Assembly (NCBI GenBank): GCA_024698555.1
Contig: JAILRI010000219.1
Span: forward strand, 18,442-82,441
Direction: 5' to 3'
Length of the DNA stretch: 64,000 nucleotides
From: Lachnospiraceae bacterium
Lineage (GTDB): Bacteria; Bacillota; Clostridia; Lachnospirales; Lachnospiraceae
Under the pieces are notes generated by a model. That model was not told the DNA's origin. It worked only from the letters and a program-made list of their open reading frames with translations, and ran no database searches. Positions within the stretch are counted from its first letter, which is position 1. Every line of letters begins with the position of its first letter. Positions 10,003-19,501 of the stretch are shown piece by piece. The position numbers and the translations under genes are program-made.

Positions 10003-12237
10003 ATGAAGGTCAACCGGATGAAAAAGATTAAAGCATGTGTAAACAGGATCAGGGATTATATTTATGATTCTTCCATCAACATAAAGGAGAGGACCTTTAT
10101 ACTGTTCTCGATCGTTGTATTGGTGGCTTTGTTTGCTGCCATACCTGCCGGTCTTATTATGAGGGAGCCGATCATGGCCACGATATTTACAGTGGTCGGA
10201 ACTGCCTTCTTTTCGGCATATGTATATCTGGCTTTCAAAAAAGACCATATATCTCGTGCCAGGATCGTCATATCGATCATTCTGATCTTTGTTTTTCTCC
10301 CCGCGATGTTCTTTACCAACGGAGGAGTTGAAGGTGGCACGCCTATATGGCTCCTTCTTGGAACGATCTATATTTCGCTCATACTCGAAGGCAGGCTTAA
10401 GGTCATCATGCTGATCAGTGAAGCTGTGGTGCTGATCGCATGCTGGATCATCGGGTACTGCTTTCCTGAATTGATCACCCAATATTCAAGGGAAGGTAAC
10501 TATTTTGATACGATCGCGGGATTGTTTATTGTCAGCGGCATAATCTTTGGCATCATTTCCTTCCAGAACAGGCTGTACAGACGGGAAGAGGAGCAGAAGA
10601 ATGTTCAGAGACTGTTCGCGCAGACGGCTACCGCGCTGGTAAATGCTATCGATGCCAAAGATAAATACACACACGGACATTCGGCCAGAGTCGCGGAATA
10701 CTCCCGGAAAATAGCAGAGTGGGCAGCCAAGACACCTTCCGAATGTGAGGAGATCTATTACGTCGCGCTTCTCCATGATGTAGGGAAGATAGGTATTCCG
10801 GAAGCGATCATCAACAAAGAGGGCAAACTTACCGATGAAGAGTTCTCGATCATAAAGCAGCATTCTTTTCTGGGTGCACAGATACTTCAGAGTATTACCG
10901 AGTATCCTTATCTGAGCATCGGAGCGCATTTTCATCATGAGCGGTATGACGGCAGAGGTTATCCCAACAGGCTTAAAGGTACAGATATTCCCGAGATAGC
11001 CAGAATTATATCCGTGGCAGACGCTTATGATGCCATGACCTCGAAGAGGAGCTACCGCGATCCCATTCCGCAGGAGAAGGTACGCGAACAGTTCATAGAG
11101 GGCGCAGGAACGCAGTTTGATCCCGAATTTGCCAATATCATGCTGCATCTGATAGATCTTGATACCGAATATGAAATGAAAGAACGGGGCGAAAGCAGTG
11201 AATTTGCGGGACAGGAGGAGCTGATCATCGGAGAGCACAGAGACGGTGTATCGGAAGGGATCCTGCTTACTCCCAATATGACTGTTGTCAGATTGAAGGT
11301 CGGAGTTGATAAAAATGCCGCCGGGCATACTCCAAAGCCTTCAATTATCATGTTTGATTCTCTTGACGGCCGCTTCCATGATGATGAGAAGGAAATAAAG
11401 GATCTTCTCTATGATGAGTATGCGGAAATATGGCTTGAGGGGCGGGTAACTAATTCCTCAGTCAGAAAGACAGAGATCAAGACCTTCGGAAAGACTGCCT
11501 CAGCCATGGCGCCGGGTGAATACCGTATAGAAGCTGTCAAACGCAGGGATCACGCTCTTGTCAGGATAGAAAGCCGTGACAAGACCGTAGAGATAATCAT
11601 GGCGCTTCCCGACAGCAGCAGGTATGTATATATGGGACTTACGGGCGAACATTGCCGCTTCAGCGATCTAAAGATCGAAAAGTCGGAAGATGCCGTTCCG
11701 GAGGACTATATACCCAGGATCGCAAAGGAGATCAGTTATATTGACGCTCCGGAAGGCGACATTCCCAATGTTCAGGTAGACGGATACCGTACAGCTTCTA
11801 CAAAGGGCATACCGATCACGGACGGGATGAAGATCACTTTCCATACCTTGAGCCTTCCTACGGCAAGGCTTGTCTGGCATTGCCCTTCATATGTTGTATT
11901 TTCGGCCGATGACGGTATTGTAAGTGGTGAGGACTACAAAGAATTCTCTCTGGTGAGACTTGACGGCGAGACCTGGGAGGGTGAGAACCTTGCCGAAAAT
12001 GAGCTTATTGTTGACAGACAGCATTTCGACGGGTGGGACGCATGGAAAAAACTGAATCTGCAGGGTTATGATGTTTCCGTATCCTTCAGCAGGGACGGAA
12101 ACCGTATCGTTTCAACCACCGACAACGGCGGCGTTTCCATCAGGAATATTACCACTGTCAAGGTTGATACAGGGGAGATCTATGTGGCACTTTCAGGAGA
12201 TCAGTGCGCTCTGACGAATATCAGGATCAGTAAATGA
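10003..12237 (+). CDS. Membrane HD-GYP phosphodiesterase with an uncharacterised duplicated C-terminal module
   Basis: 744 aa with a multi-TM N-terminus. HD-GYP motifs HGHSARVAEYS, LLHDVGKIGIP, HHERYDGRGYP. The C-terminal ~330 aa consists of two ~143-aa repeats. Confidence 0.85.
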   Translation: MKVNRMKKIKACVNRIRDYIYDSSINIKERTFILFSIVVLVALFAAIPAGLIMREPIMATIFTVVGTAFFSAYVYLAFKKDHISRARIVISIILIFVFLPAMFFTNGGVEGGTPIWLLLGTIYISLILEGRLKVIMLISEAVVLIACWIIGYCFPELITQYSREGNYFDTIAGLFIVSGIIFGIISFQNRLYRREEEQKNVQRLFAQTATALVNAIDAKDKYTHGHSARVAEYSRKIAEWAAKTPSECEEIYYVALLHDVGKIGIPEAIINKEGKLTDEEFSIIKQHSFLGAQILQSITEYPYLSIGAHFHHERYDGRGYPNRLKGTDIPEIARIISVADAYDAMTSKRSYRDPIPQEKVREQFIEGAGTQFDPEFANIMLHLIDLDTEYEMKERGESSEFAGQEELIIGEHRDGVSEGILLTPNMTVVRLKVGVDKNAAGHTPKPSIIMFDSLDGRFHDDEKEIKDLLYDEYAEIWLEGRVTNSSVRKTEIKTFGKTASAMAPGEYRIEAVKRRDHALVRIESRDKTVEIIMALPDSSRYVYMGLTGEHCRFSDLKIEKSEDAVPEDYIPRIAKEISYIDAPEGDIPNVQVDGYRTASTKGIPITDGMKITFHTLSLPTARLVWHCPSYVVFSADDGIVSGEDYKEFSLVRLDGETWEGENLAENELIVDRQHFDGWDAWKKLNLQGYDVSVSFSRDGNRIVSTTDNGGVSIRNITTVKVDTGEIYVALSGDQCALTNIRISK

Positions 12238-12263
12238 GTTGATTAAGGAGATTTTCGATTGGT

Positions 12264-13028
12264 ATGTCGATAAGAAGAATGATCTTTACAGCTGAAAAAG
12301 AGTCTTTTATCGTCCGCGTTCTTGTTAAAAAAATGCAGGATGCGGGTGTGGACTGTATTTATGCCTCGTTGCGGGTCGACGATCTCAACTCATCATGGAT
12401 GGGGGAAGATCAGCTGATCGCTCTTTTTCTGGAAGATGACTTGATCCCGAGGGAAGATGCTCTTCATTTTATTATCGATAAACTGGAGGAAAGAGGCGGA
12501 CACCTGATCCTTGTCGGAGCTCGTGAGGATTTAAAGATCATGTGTACCCATGTGCCGACAGATCTGATATATAAGAGTTTTGCCAGACCGGTGGATAATG
12601 CCATGTTCATCAGTGAAGTGGTTGAGTATTACAAAAAACTTGATTCGGGAGAACTGAAGAAGAGCATATTGATAGTTGATGATGATTCCCAGTATCTGAC
12701 ATTGATCAGACAGTGGCTCGTGGATTCATACAAGGTGTATCTGGCATCATCCGGACTCCAGGCCATAAAGCTGCTCGGAAAAACAAAAGTCGATCTGATA
12801 CTGCTTGACCACGAGATGCCGGTCACCAGCGGTCCGCAGGTCCTTGAAATGCTGCGCAGCGAGGAAGAAACGAAATCCATACCGGTCATGTTTCTCACCG
12901 GGAAGAGCGACAAAGAAAGTGTGATGGCAGTAGTTTCACTTCACCCCGAAGGCTACCTTCTCAAGAGTATTAAGAAAGAGAAACTGCTTGAGGAACTGAA
13001 AAATTATTTTGCGCTCCATAATGAGTGA
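12264..13028 (+). CDS. Stand-alone response regulator: N-terminal pseudo-receiver-like region plus canonical REC, no output domain
   Basis: 254 aa. The C-terminal half has ILIVDDD, LILLDHEMP (phospho-acceptor Asp), MFLTGKSD and YLLKS. The N-terminal ~125 aa has an alternating beta/alpha pattern but no acidic pocket. Confidence 0.8.
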   Translation: MSIRRMIFTAEKESFIVRVLVKKMQDAGVDCIYASLRVDDLNSSWMGEDQLIALFLEDDLIPREDALHFIIDKLEERGGHLILVGAREDLKIMCTHVPTDLIYKSFARPVDNAMFISEVVEYYKKLDSGELKKSILIVDDDSQYLTLIRQWLVDSYKVYLASSGLQAIKLLGKTKVDLILLDHEMPVTSGPQVLEMLRSEEETKSIPVMFLTGKSDKESVMAVVSLHPEGYLLKSIKKEKLLEELKNYFALHNE

Positions 13029-13046
13029 TAACAGGAGATCGCTTAT

Positions 13047-15248
13047 ATGAACCGAAGTTTTAAACAGAACAAAAACAGTATATTCCACCCTGCGGTGTTA
13101 TTGCTTATGGTGGTTTCTGCTCTGCTGAATATTCTGCTGTCCATGATAGTGAGGACAACAGAATTGCCTTTCTATATCGATACTGTCGGAACTATAGTCG
13201 CTACCGCCTTAGGCGGTGCCGCACCGGGCATCGTGACCGCATTTGCCACCAATACGGTCAACTTTTTTTTAGACGGCGAGTCCATATTCTATGCGCCGTT
13301 AAATATGCTGATAGCAATTCTTTCGGTAGCGTATTTCGGGGAATACTCGGCTTACAGAAAAAAACTTAAAGAACAGAATAAGAACTATAAAAAGGATTAC
13401 GGGCAGAAATCACTGCTTGATCTGATCCTTTTTATTCTGGCACTTGCCTTGATCGGCGGAGGGATTGGAGCTCAGATAACCTGGTATTTGTATGCCTCAC
13501 CGTCAGAAACTCCTATGATCGTAAATATCAGCAACTGGCTGTCCGACAGTTTTGGGATCGGTATCTGGGGCTGCCATATGATATCAACATATATTACCGA
13601 TGTGATGGATAAAGCCATATCGGTATGTCTGGCACTTCTTATCATTAAACTGGTTCCCGACAGTTTAAGGGAAAAAATCCGGTTTACCTCGTGGAGGCAG
13701 AAACCGATATCCTTTGAGGAACAAAAAGCCGCAAAAGCGAAATTTAAAGGACGTGTCTCTATAGGGACCAGGATCAATATCATACTCATTCTTTCCACTC
13801 TGCTCATGATGTTCACCGCTCTTGTTTTCAGCGCCATGACCTTCCGCCAGAATACGATCGAATCATTATCGAAATCTGCGACCCAGATAGCCTATCTTGC
13901 CTCGAAAGAGATCGATCCGAAGATGGTAGATGTGTTTCTCGAAAAGGGAAATAAAGTGGCAGAATACGCCACAGTCAAGGCAAGACTCAGGGTTATCAAA
14001 AACAGTTCACCCGATATCGCTTTTCTTTATGTATACAGGATAGAAGAAGACGGATGCCATGTGGTCTTTGACCTGGATACTGTTCTGAGTGACTCCACCT
14101 TTGTGGAGGGGGATCCGCCCGGAAGAGTGGTTCCGTTCGAAGAAGCATATCTCCCTTATATTGATGATCTGCTTGCGGGAAAGATGCTTCCGGCCGTACA
14201 GATGAAGGACAGGTACGGGAGTTTTCTTGCCTCGTACTATCCCGTTTACGACAGAGAAGGCAACTGCGTCTGCTATGCTGTATCAAATGTAGAATACAGA
14301 TTGGCCGGGAATCTGATGTACAGGTTCATCGGAAGACTTTTACTGCTATTTACCGGATTCTTTATCCTGATAGTCGCGATCAGCCTGATAACGACCAGAT
14401 ACCGTATAGTGATGCCTATCATGAGTATGACGGTTCATGCCAATGAAATGACTGATGAGAAGGGTGGAGCTGATGAGGAAAGTCTTAAAAAGATAGAGGA
14501 ACTTGATATCCGAACCGGAGATGAGATTGAAGGGCTGTACAGGGCTCTTGAAAAACTGACAGGTGACACGGTTTACCAGCTGAGTGATAACAGGAACAAG
14601 GCTGAGGCGATATCGAAGATGCAGAGTGCCCTGATCGTAACCATGGCAGATATGGTTGAAAGCAGGGATTCGGATACTGGAGCCCATGTTTTAAAGACAG
14701 CTGCTTATGTCAGGATCATACTTCAGGGACTTAAACGGAACGGTTATTATTCCGAGAAGATAACCGACAAGTATTTAAGAGATGTTGAGATGAGCGCGCC
14801 TCTTCACGATGTCGGCAAGATAAACATACCGGACGCGATCCTTAATAAACCCGGGAAGCTGACAAAGGAAGAATTTGAGATCATGAAGACCCATACGACA
14901 GCCGGAAGGTCACTGCTTGAAAACGCGATCAGCTCCATGGAAGGTGATAACTACCTTAAGGAGGCCAGAAACATGGCCGCCTATCATCATGAGAGATGGG
15001 ATGGCAAAGGATATCCAGAAGGACTGCATGGCGAGGTCATTCCTCTATCCGCGAGAGTCATGGCGGTTGCGGATGTTTTTGACGCTCTTTCCTCTCCCAG
15101 GGTTTATAAACCCGCGTTTCCTTTTGATGAGGCAGTCAAAATGATAGAAGAAGGCTCCGGAACACAGTTTGATCCCAAGTGCGTGGAGGTATTTCTCGAA
15201 TCCCTTACGGAAGTTAAGAAGATACTTAAGAGGTATCAGGAAGCATGA
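13047..15248 (+). CDS. Membrane HD-GYP phosphodiesterase with an extracytoplasmic Cache-like sensor region
   Basis: 733 aa with several N-terminal TM helices. A ~170-aa loop lies between two TM helices and looks Cache-like by position and composition. Then GAHVLKTAAYV, PLHDVGKINIP, HHERWDGKGYP. RBS AGGAG. Confidence 0.85.
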   Translation: MNRSFKQNKNSIFHPAVLLLMVVSALLNILLSMIVRTTELPFYIDTVGTIVATALGGAAPGIVTAFATNTVNFFLDGESIFYAPLNMLIAILSVAYFGEYSAYRKKLKEQNKNYKKDYGQKSLLDLILFILALALIGGGIGAQITWYLYASPSETPMIVNISNWLSDSFGIGIWGCHMISTYITDVMDKAISVCLALLIIKLVPDSLREKIRFTSWRQKPISFEEQKAAKAKFKGRVSIGTRINIILILSTLLMMFTALVFSAMTFRQNTIESLSKSATQIAYLASKEIDPKMVDVFLEKGNKVAEYATVKARLRVIKNSSPDIAFLYVYRIEEDGCHVVFDLDTVLSDSTFVEGDPPGRVVPFEEAYLPYIDDLLAGKMLPAVQMKDRYGSFLASYYPVYDREGNCVCYAVSNVEYRLAGNLMYRFIGRLLLLFTGFFILIVAISLITTRYRIVMPIMSMTVHANEMTDEKGGADEESLKKIEELDIRTGDEIEGLYRALEKLTGDTVYQLSDNRNKAEAISKMQSALIVTMADMVESRDSDTGAHVLKTAAYVRIILQGLKRNGYYSEKITDKYLRDVEMSAPLHDVGKINIPDAILNKPGKLTKEEFEIMKTHTTAGRSLLENAISSMEGDNYLKEARNMAAYHHERWDGKGYPEGLHGEVIPLSARVMAVADVFDALSSPRVYKPAFPFDEAVKMIEEGSGTQFDPKCVEVFLESLTEVKKILKRYQEA

Positions 15249-18200
15249 TGAAAAGAAACCCTATTAGGATTGGTATTGCTGTTCTTTTTCTTGCTGTGAT
15301 AACGGCAGGAATTATTTGGAATGTACGGACATTTGGGGCGGAGAAAGAGACGTATACCGTCAATGCCAACGGATATCCCGTAGGTGGCGGATATGCCGCC
15401 AGTAACCAGATACCCGGGGCATATTTTCTGCCTGTATTATATGATGCCTCAAATGGGCTTCCGACTTCGGAAGCGAACTGCATACTTGCCGCAAGTGACG
15501 GATATATCTGGATAGGCGGATACAGCGGTATTGTCAAGTATGACGGGCTGAATTTCGAAAAAATGTCTGTAACTGACGGTCTTACCAGCGGAAGAGATTT
15601 GTTTGAGGACCGGGACGGCCGTATTTGGGTTGCGACCAATGATCACGGTGTAGTAGTGATAGACGGCGCAGATCGTGTTAAGTTTACTAAAGACAATGGG
15701 ATGAATTCCAACTCTATACGTACTTTTGCCCAGGATGCGGACGGCAACGTCTTCATAGGTTCGACAGCAGGCGTTTCGTATGTAGACGTATCTATGAAAC
15801 TGCATAATATTGACGATAACAGATTAAATAATGCGAGGATCCTGCGGCTGGTATCGGACGAAGAAGGAACCGTTTACGGACATACAGGGGACGGAAACGT
15901 ATTTACCGTTTCGACGGACGGAGTCGGTGCGTTTTACAGGAGCAGCGACTTGGGAATGAAAAAAGTAACAACCATACTTCCGGATCCGGAACATGCGGGA
16001 ATGCTGTTCTTCGGAACTATAGGCCACAGTGTCTACTATGGTTCTTTATCGGAGAACGCCGCTAATATGAAAAGGATAGATACGGCTCCCGCTCAAAACA
16101 TACACTGGATGCATTATGCCTGCGGACGTTTATGGGTTTCTTCGGTAAGCGTTGCGGGATATGTTGATGAATACGACAGGTTCATCCCTTTTGAGAGTTT
16201 ACCTGTAAAAGACTCTTTTGAAATGATGACTTCGGACTATCAGGGCAATATGTGGTTTGCTTCTTCCAGGTATGGCGTCATGAAGCTGGCTGCGAACAAT
16301 TTTCTGGATATTACCGGAGCTGCAGGGTTAGATCCTGAAGTGATCAATGCTACCGCATTCAGGGAGGGGAATCTCTATATTGGTACTGATTCGGGCTTAA
16401 GGATCATTGATGAGGATTATCGCATCAGAGAAAATTATGTAACCGAATATTTCGGTGAGTCCAGGATCCGCTGCATCATGAACGACAGCAGGGGTAACAC
16501 TTGGTTCTCCACATTTACCGGAGGTCTTGGCCTGGTGTGTCTGACGGTTAACGGCAAACTGATAAATTATACATATAACAACGGCCTTCCTTCCAATGAG
16601 ATCAGGTGTACCTGCGAGATGAAGGATGGCACTTTGGTGGTCGGAACCAACGCCGGGATCGCGCTGCTGAAGAACGGACGCGTGACTGAAACCTACGGTT
16701 TCTCCAGTGGTATGAAAAACACCGTTGTTCTTACCGTGTGTGAGGGGGAAGGCGGAGAGATCCTCGCAGGCACAGACGGAGACGGAATATATGGGATCAA
16801 AAATGGTATTCTGCGCCATATCGGGATAGAGGACGGACTTGACAGTGATGTGATCATGCGCCTGAAAAAAGATGATTATAACGGCGTTGTATGGGTTATA
16901 ACATCAAGTATGGTGGAATACATAAGAAACGGTGTCGTGACCAAAGTAACCGCATTCCCTTATAACAATAATTTTGATGTGATACCCGCTGATAACGGAA
17001 AGCTCTGGTTTCTGTCATCACGCGGGATATACGTGATGAGCGCGGCGGATGTGTTAAACGATCAAATAACGGAATACATTCTGTTTGAAAAAGTCAACGG
17101 GCTTACAAGCATGCCTGTATCACATTGCTATAACGGAACGGATGACAGCGGATATCTCTATATTGCCGGACAGACAGGGGTTTCCGTGATCAATACAAAT
17201 AATCTGTATGATTTTTCGAGCAGTATCATCACCGGCGTGAGGAGCATTTATTATGACGGAGTTGAAATACTGCCGGATGAAAGCGGCGTATACAATCTGC
17301 CATCCGCATACGGACGTATGCAGATCAATCCCGCGATCCTTGATTATACACTGTCAAATCCGCTTGTCAGGGTCTGCCTTGAGGGAATGAATGATGAGGG
17401 CATTACAGCTCATCAGAGCAGTCTGGCGTCTCTTGAATATACCGGTCTGAAATATGGGGATTATTCCCTTCATATCCGGGTCCTTGACGAAAACAACGGA
17501 AGAATACTCTCTGACAGCCTATATCATATAAGAAAAGCTCCCGCTTTCTTCGAAAGGATGTCTGTCAGGATCATTTTGATGATCCTTGCTCTTGCCGCTA
17601 TAGGTATAGCGGTATGGCGTGTTCTTACCGGTACTGTCATCAGAAAACAGTATCTCCAGATACGGGAAGCAAGAGATGAAGCTGACAGGGCAAATGCTGC
17701 CAAATCCAGATTCCTTGCGAATATGAGCCATGAGATCCGTACTCCGATCAATACGATCATGGGTATGGATGAAATGATACTGCGTGAGAATACCCAAAAC
17801 GTGTCTCGTGAATATTCAAGTGCGGTCACCGGTTACGCCCGCAATATCAAGTACGCTTCCGAATCATTACTGGGTCTGATCAATGACCTTCTGGACATTT
17901 CCAAGATAGAGTCGGGCAGCATGCATCTGGTAGAACAGGAATATGATACCGCAGAACTGCTTCGAGGTGTCATTTTCATGATACGGGACCGGGCGGAAGA
18001 GAAGAAGCTGTATTTTGACCTCGATATTGATGAAACGCTTCCTAAACGGCTCTACGGTGATGGGGGCAAGGTTAAGCAGATAATCCTGAATATTCTGACT
18101 AACGCAGTAAAATACACGGATGAAGGTGGTTTTACCCTTAGCGTGAAGGTAATTGACAGGAATGAAACGAGCGCAGCCTTAAGGATCTCAGTCAGGGACA

Positions 18201-19501
18201 CCGGCATAGGGATAAAGCCGGAAGAGATCGATAAGCTGTTTTCCGCTTATGCGAGGCTGGACGAGGTCAGAAATTCAAATATAGAGGGAACCGGTCTGGG
18301 ACTAGACATTTCAAAGCAGTTCACCGATATGATGGGCGGCAGACTTTGGTGTGAGAGTGTGTACGGAGAGGGCAGCGAGTTTCTTCTTGAGATCAGACAG
18401 AAGATTGCTGATGCTGCGAAAGTCGGAGTGTTCCACGAAAAGGTGGACGATTCGGCTGCAGGGAACTATAAACCGCAGTTTATAGCGCCTGATGCCGACA
18501 TACTCGTCGTAGATGATAACCCGATGAACCTGAATGTTATCAAGGGGCTGTTGGGACCGACGAAGATATTTGTAACTACTGCCTCAAGCGGTGAAGATTG
18601 TCTGGAAAAGATCGACGCTAACGACTTTAATGTAGTGCTGCTCGATCATATGATGCCCGGAATGGACGGGATAGAAACGTTGGAGAAGATCAGAAAAGAT
18701 CACCCGGATCTGCCGGTATACGCGCTTACGGCAAATGCTACCGCGGGCGGAGAAGCATTTTATCTGTCCAAAGGCTTCAACGGATATCTTACGAAGCCTA
18801 TTGATATCGTTGCGGTAGAGCACGCGATCATGAGGCATTTGCCCGAGCATATCATGCTAAAGCCTTCTGATGAAGACGCAGTACAAAATGACACGATCCT
18901 TGACGAGGATCTGCGCTGGCTGGAAAACGCCGAGGGGATAAGTGTCCCTGAGGGAATAGCGAACTGCGGCGGAGCTTCCCAGTTTGTTTCGCAGCTGAAG
19001 TATTTTGCAGACAATATTGATGACAATTCCGCTCTCATTGAGAAAGCCTATGAGGATGACGATATAAAGCTGGCTACTGTAAAGATCCATGCGTTGAAAA
19101 CTTCTTCAAGGATTATCGGAGCCCTAAAACTTGCGGATGAGTGCCGGGAGCTTGAGGAGGCCGGAAACAGTAAGGATACAGACTATATCAATACCCGCGC
19201 ATCGGCAGTGATTGAGCATTACAGGGAGTTTAAAACGATTCTGGGACGCTTAAAGAATGATAAGAAAGATATGGACGAAAGCGGGGACAAGCCGGAAATA
19301 ACAGCAGGGGAACTGGATGAGGCGTACCGGACCTTGAAGGACTGTATCATCCAGATGGATTATGACGCAGTTGAGACTGTTCTAACACAGCTTAAGAAGT
19401 ACAGGCTTCCCGGGAAGGATGAAGATACGCTAAAGGCTCTGGAAAAAGCCTTTGGTCAGGTTAACTGGGAAGCAATGGAAGAGGTGATCGGGAATGTATG
19501 A
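15245..19501 (+). CDS. Hybrid sensor histidine kinase: beta-propeller (Reg_prop repeats) plus Y_Y_Y sensor, TM, HisKA, HATPase, REC, Hpt
   Basis: 1418 aa. Start overlaps the upstream stop (ATGA). Repeated motifs of the type GLPSNEIRCTCEMKDGTLVVGTNAGIALL. Y_Y_Y-like LKYGDYSLHIRVLD. TM ILMILALAAIGIAVW. SHEIRTPINT, GTGLGL. REC LLDHMMPGMDG. Hpt KIHALKTSSRIIG. Confidence 0.9.
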   Translation: MMKRNPIRIGIAVLFLAVITAGIIWNVRTFGAEKETYTVNANGYPVGGGYAASNQIPGAYFLPVLYDASNGLPTSEANCILAASDGYIWIGGYSGIVKYDGLNFEKMSVTDGLTSGRDLFEDRDGRIWVATNDHGVVVIDGADRVKFTKDNGMNSNSIRTFAQDADGNVFIGSTAGVSYVDVSMKLHNIDDNRLNNARILRLVSDEEGTVYGHTGDGNVFTVSTDGVGAFYRSSDLGMKKVTTILPDPEHAGMLFFGTIGHSVYYGSLSENAANMKRIDTAPAQNIHWMHYACGRLWVSSVSVAGYVDEYDRFIPFESLPVKDSFEMMTSDYQGNMWFASSRYGVMKLAANNFLDITGAAGLDPEVINATAFREGNLYIGTDSGLRIIDEDYRIRENYVTEYFGESRIRCIMNDSRGNTWFSTFTGGLGLVCLTVNGKLINYTYNNGLPSNEIRCTCEMKDGTLVVGTNAGIALLKNGRVTETYGFSSGMKNTVVLTVCEGEGGEILAGTDGDGIYGIKNGILRHIGIEDGLDSDVIMRLKKDDYNGVVWVITSSMVEYIRNGVVTKVTAFPYNNNFDVIPADNGKLWFLSSRGIYVMSAADVLNDQITEYILFEKVNGLTSMPVSHCYNGTDDSGYLYIAGQTGVSVINTNNLYDFSSSIITGVRSIYYDGVEILPDESGVYNLPSAYGRMQINPAILDYTLSNPLVRVCLEGMNDEGITAHQSSLASLEYTGLKYGDYSLHIRVLDENNGRILSDSLYHIRKAPAFFERMSVRIILMILALAAIGIAVWRVLTGTVIRKQYLQIREARDEADRANAAKSRFLANMSHEIRTPINTIMGMDEMILRENTQNVSREYSSAVTGYARNIKYASESLLGLINDLLDISKIESGSMHLVEQEYDTAELLRGVIFMIRDRAEEKKLYFDLDIDETLPKRLYGDGGKVKQIILNILTNAVKYTDEGGFTLSVKVIDRNETSAALRISVRDTGIGIKPEEIDKLFSAYARLDEVRNSNIEGTGLGLDISKQFTDMMGGRLWCESVYGEGSEFLLEIRQKIADAAKVGVFHEKVDDSAAGNYKPQFIAPDADILVVDDNPMNLNVIKGLLGPTKIFVTTASSGEDCLEKIDANDFNVVLLDHMMPGMDGIETLEKIRKDHPDLPVYALTANATAGGEAFYLSKGFNGYLTKPIDIVAVEHAIMRHLPEHIMLKPSDEDAVQNDTILDEDLRWLENAEGISVPEGIANCGGASQFVSQLKYFADNIDDNSALIEKAYEDDDIKLATVKIHALKTSSRIIGALKLADECRELEEAGNSKDTDYINTRASAVIEHYREFKTILGRLKNDKKDMDESGDKPEITAGELDEAYRTLKDCIIQMDYDAVETVLTQLKKYRLPGKDEDTLKALEKAFGQVNWEAMEEVIGNV

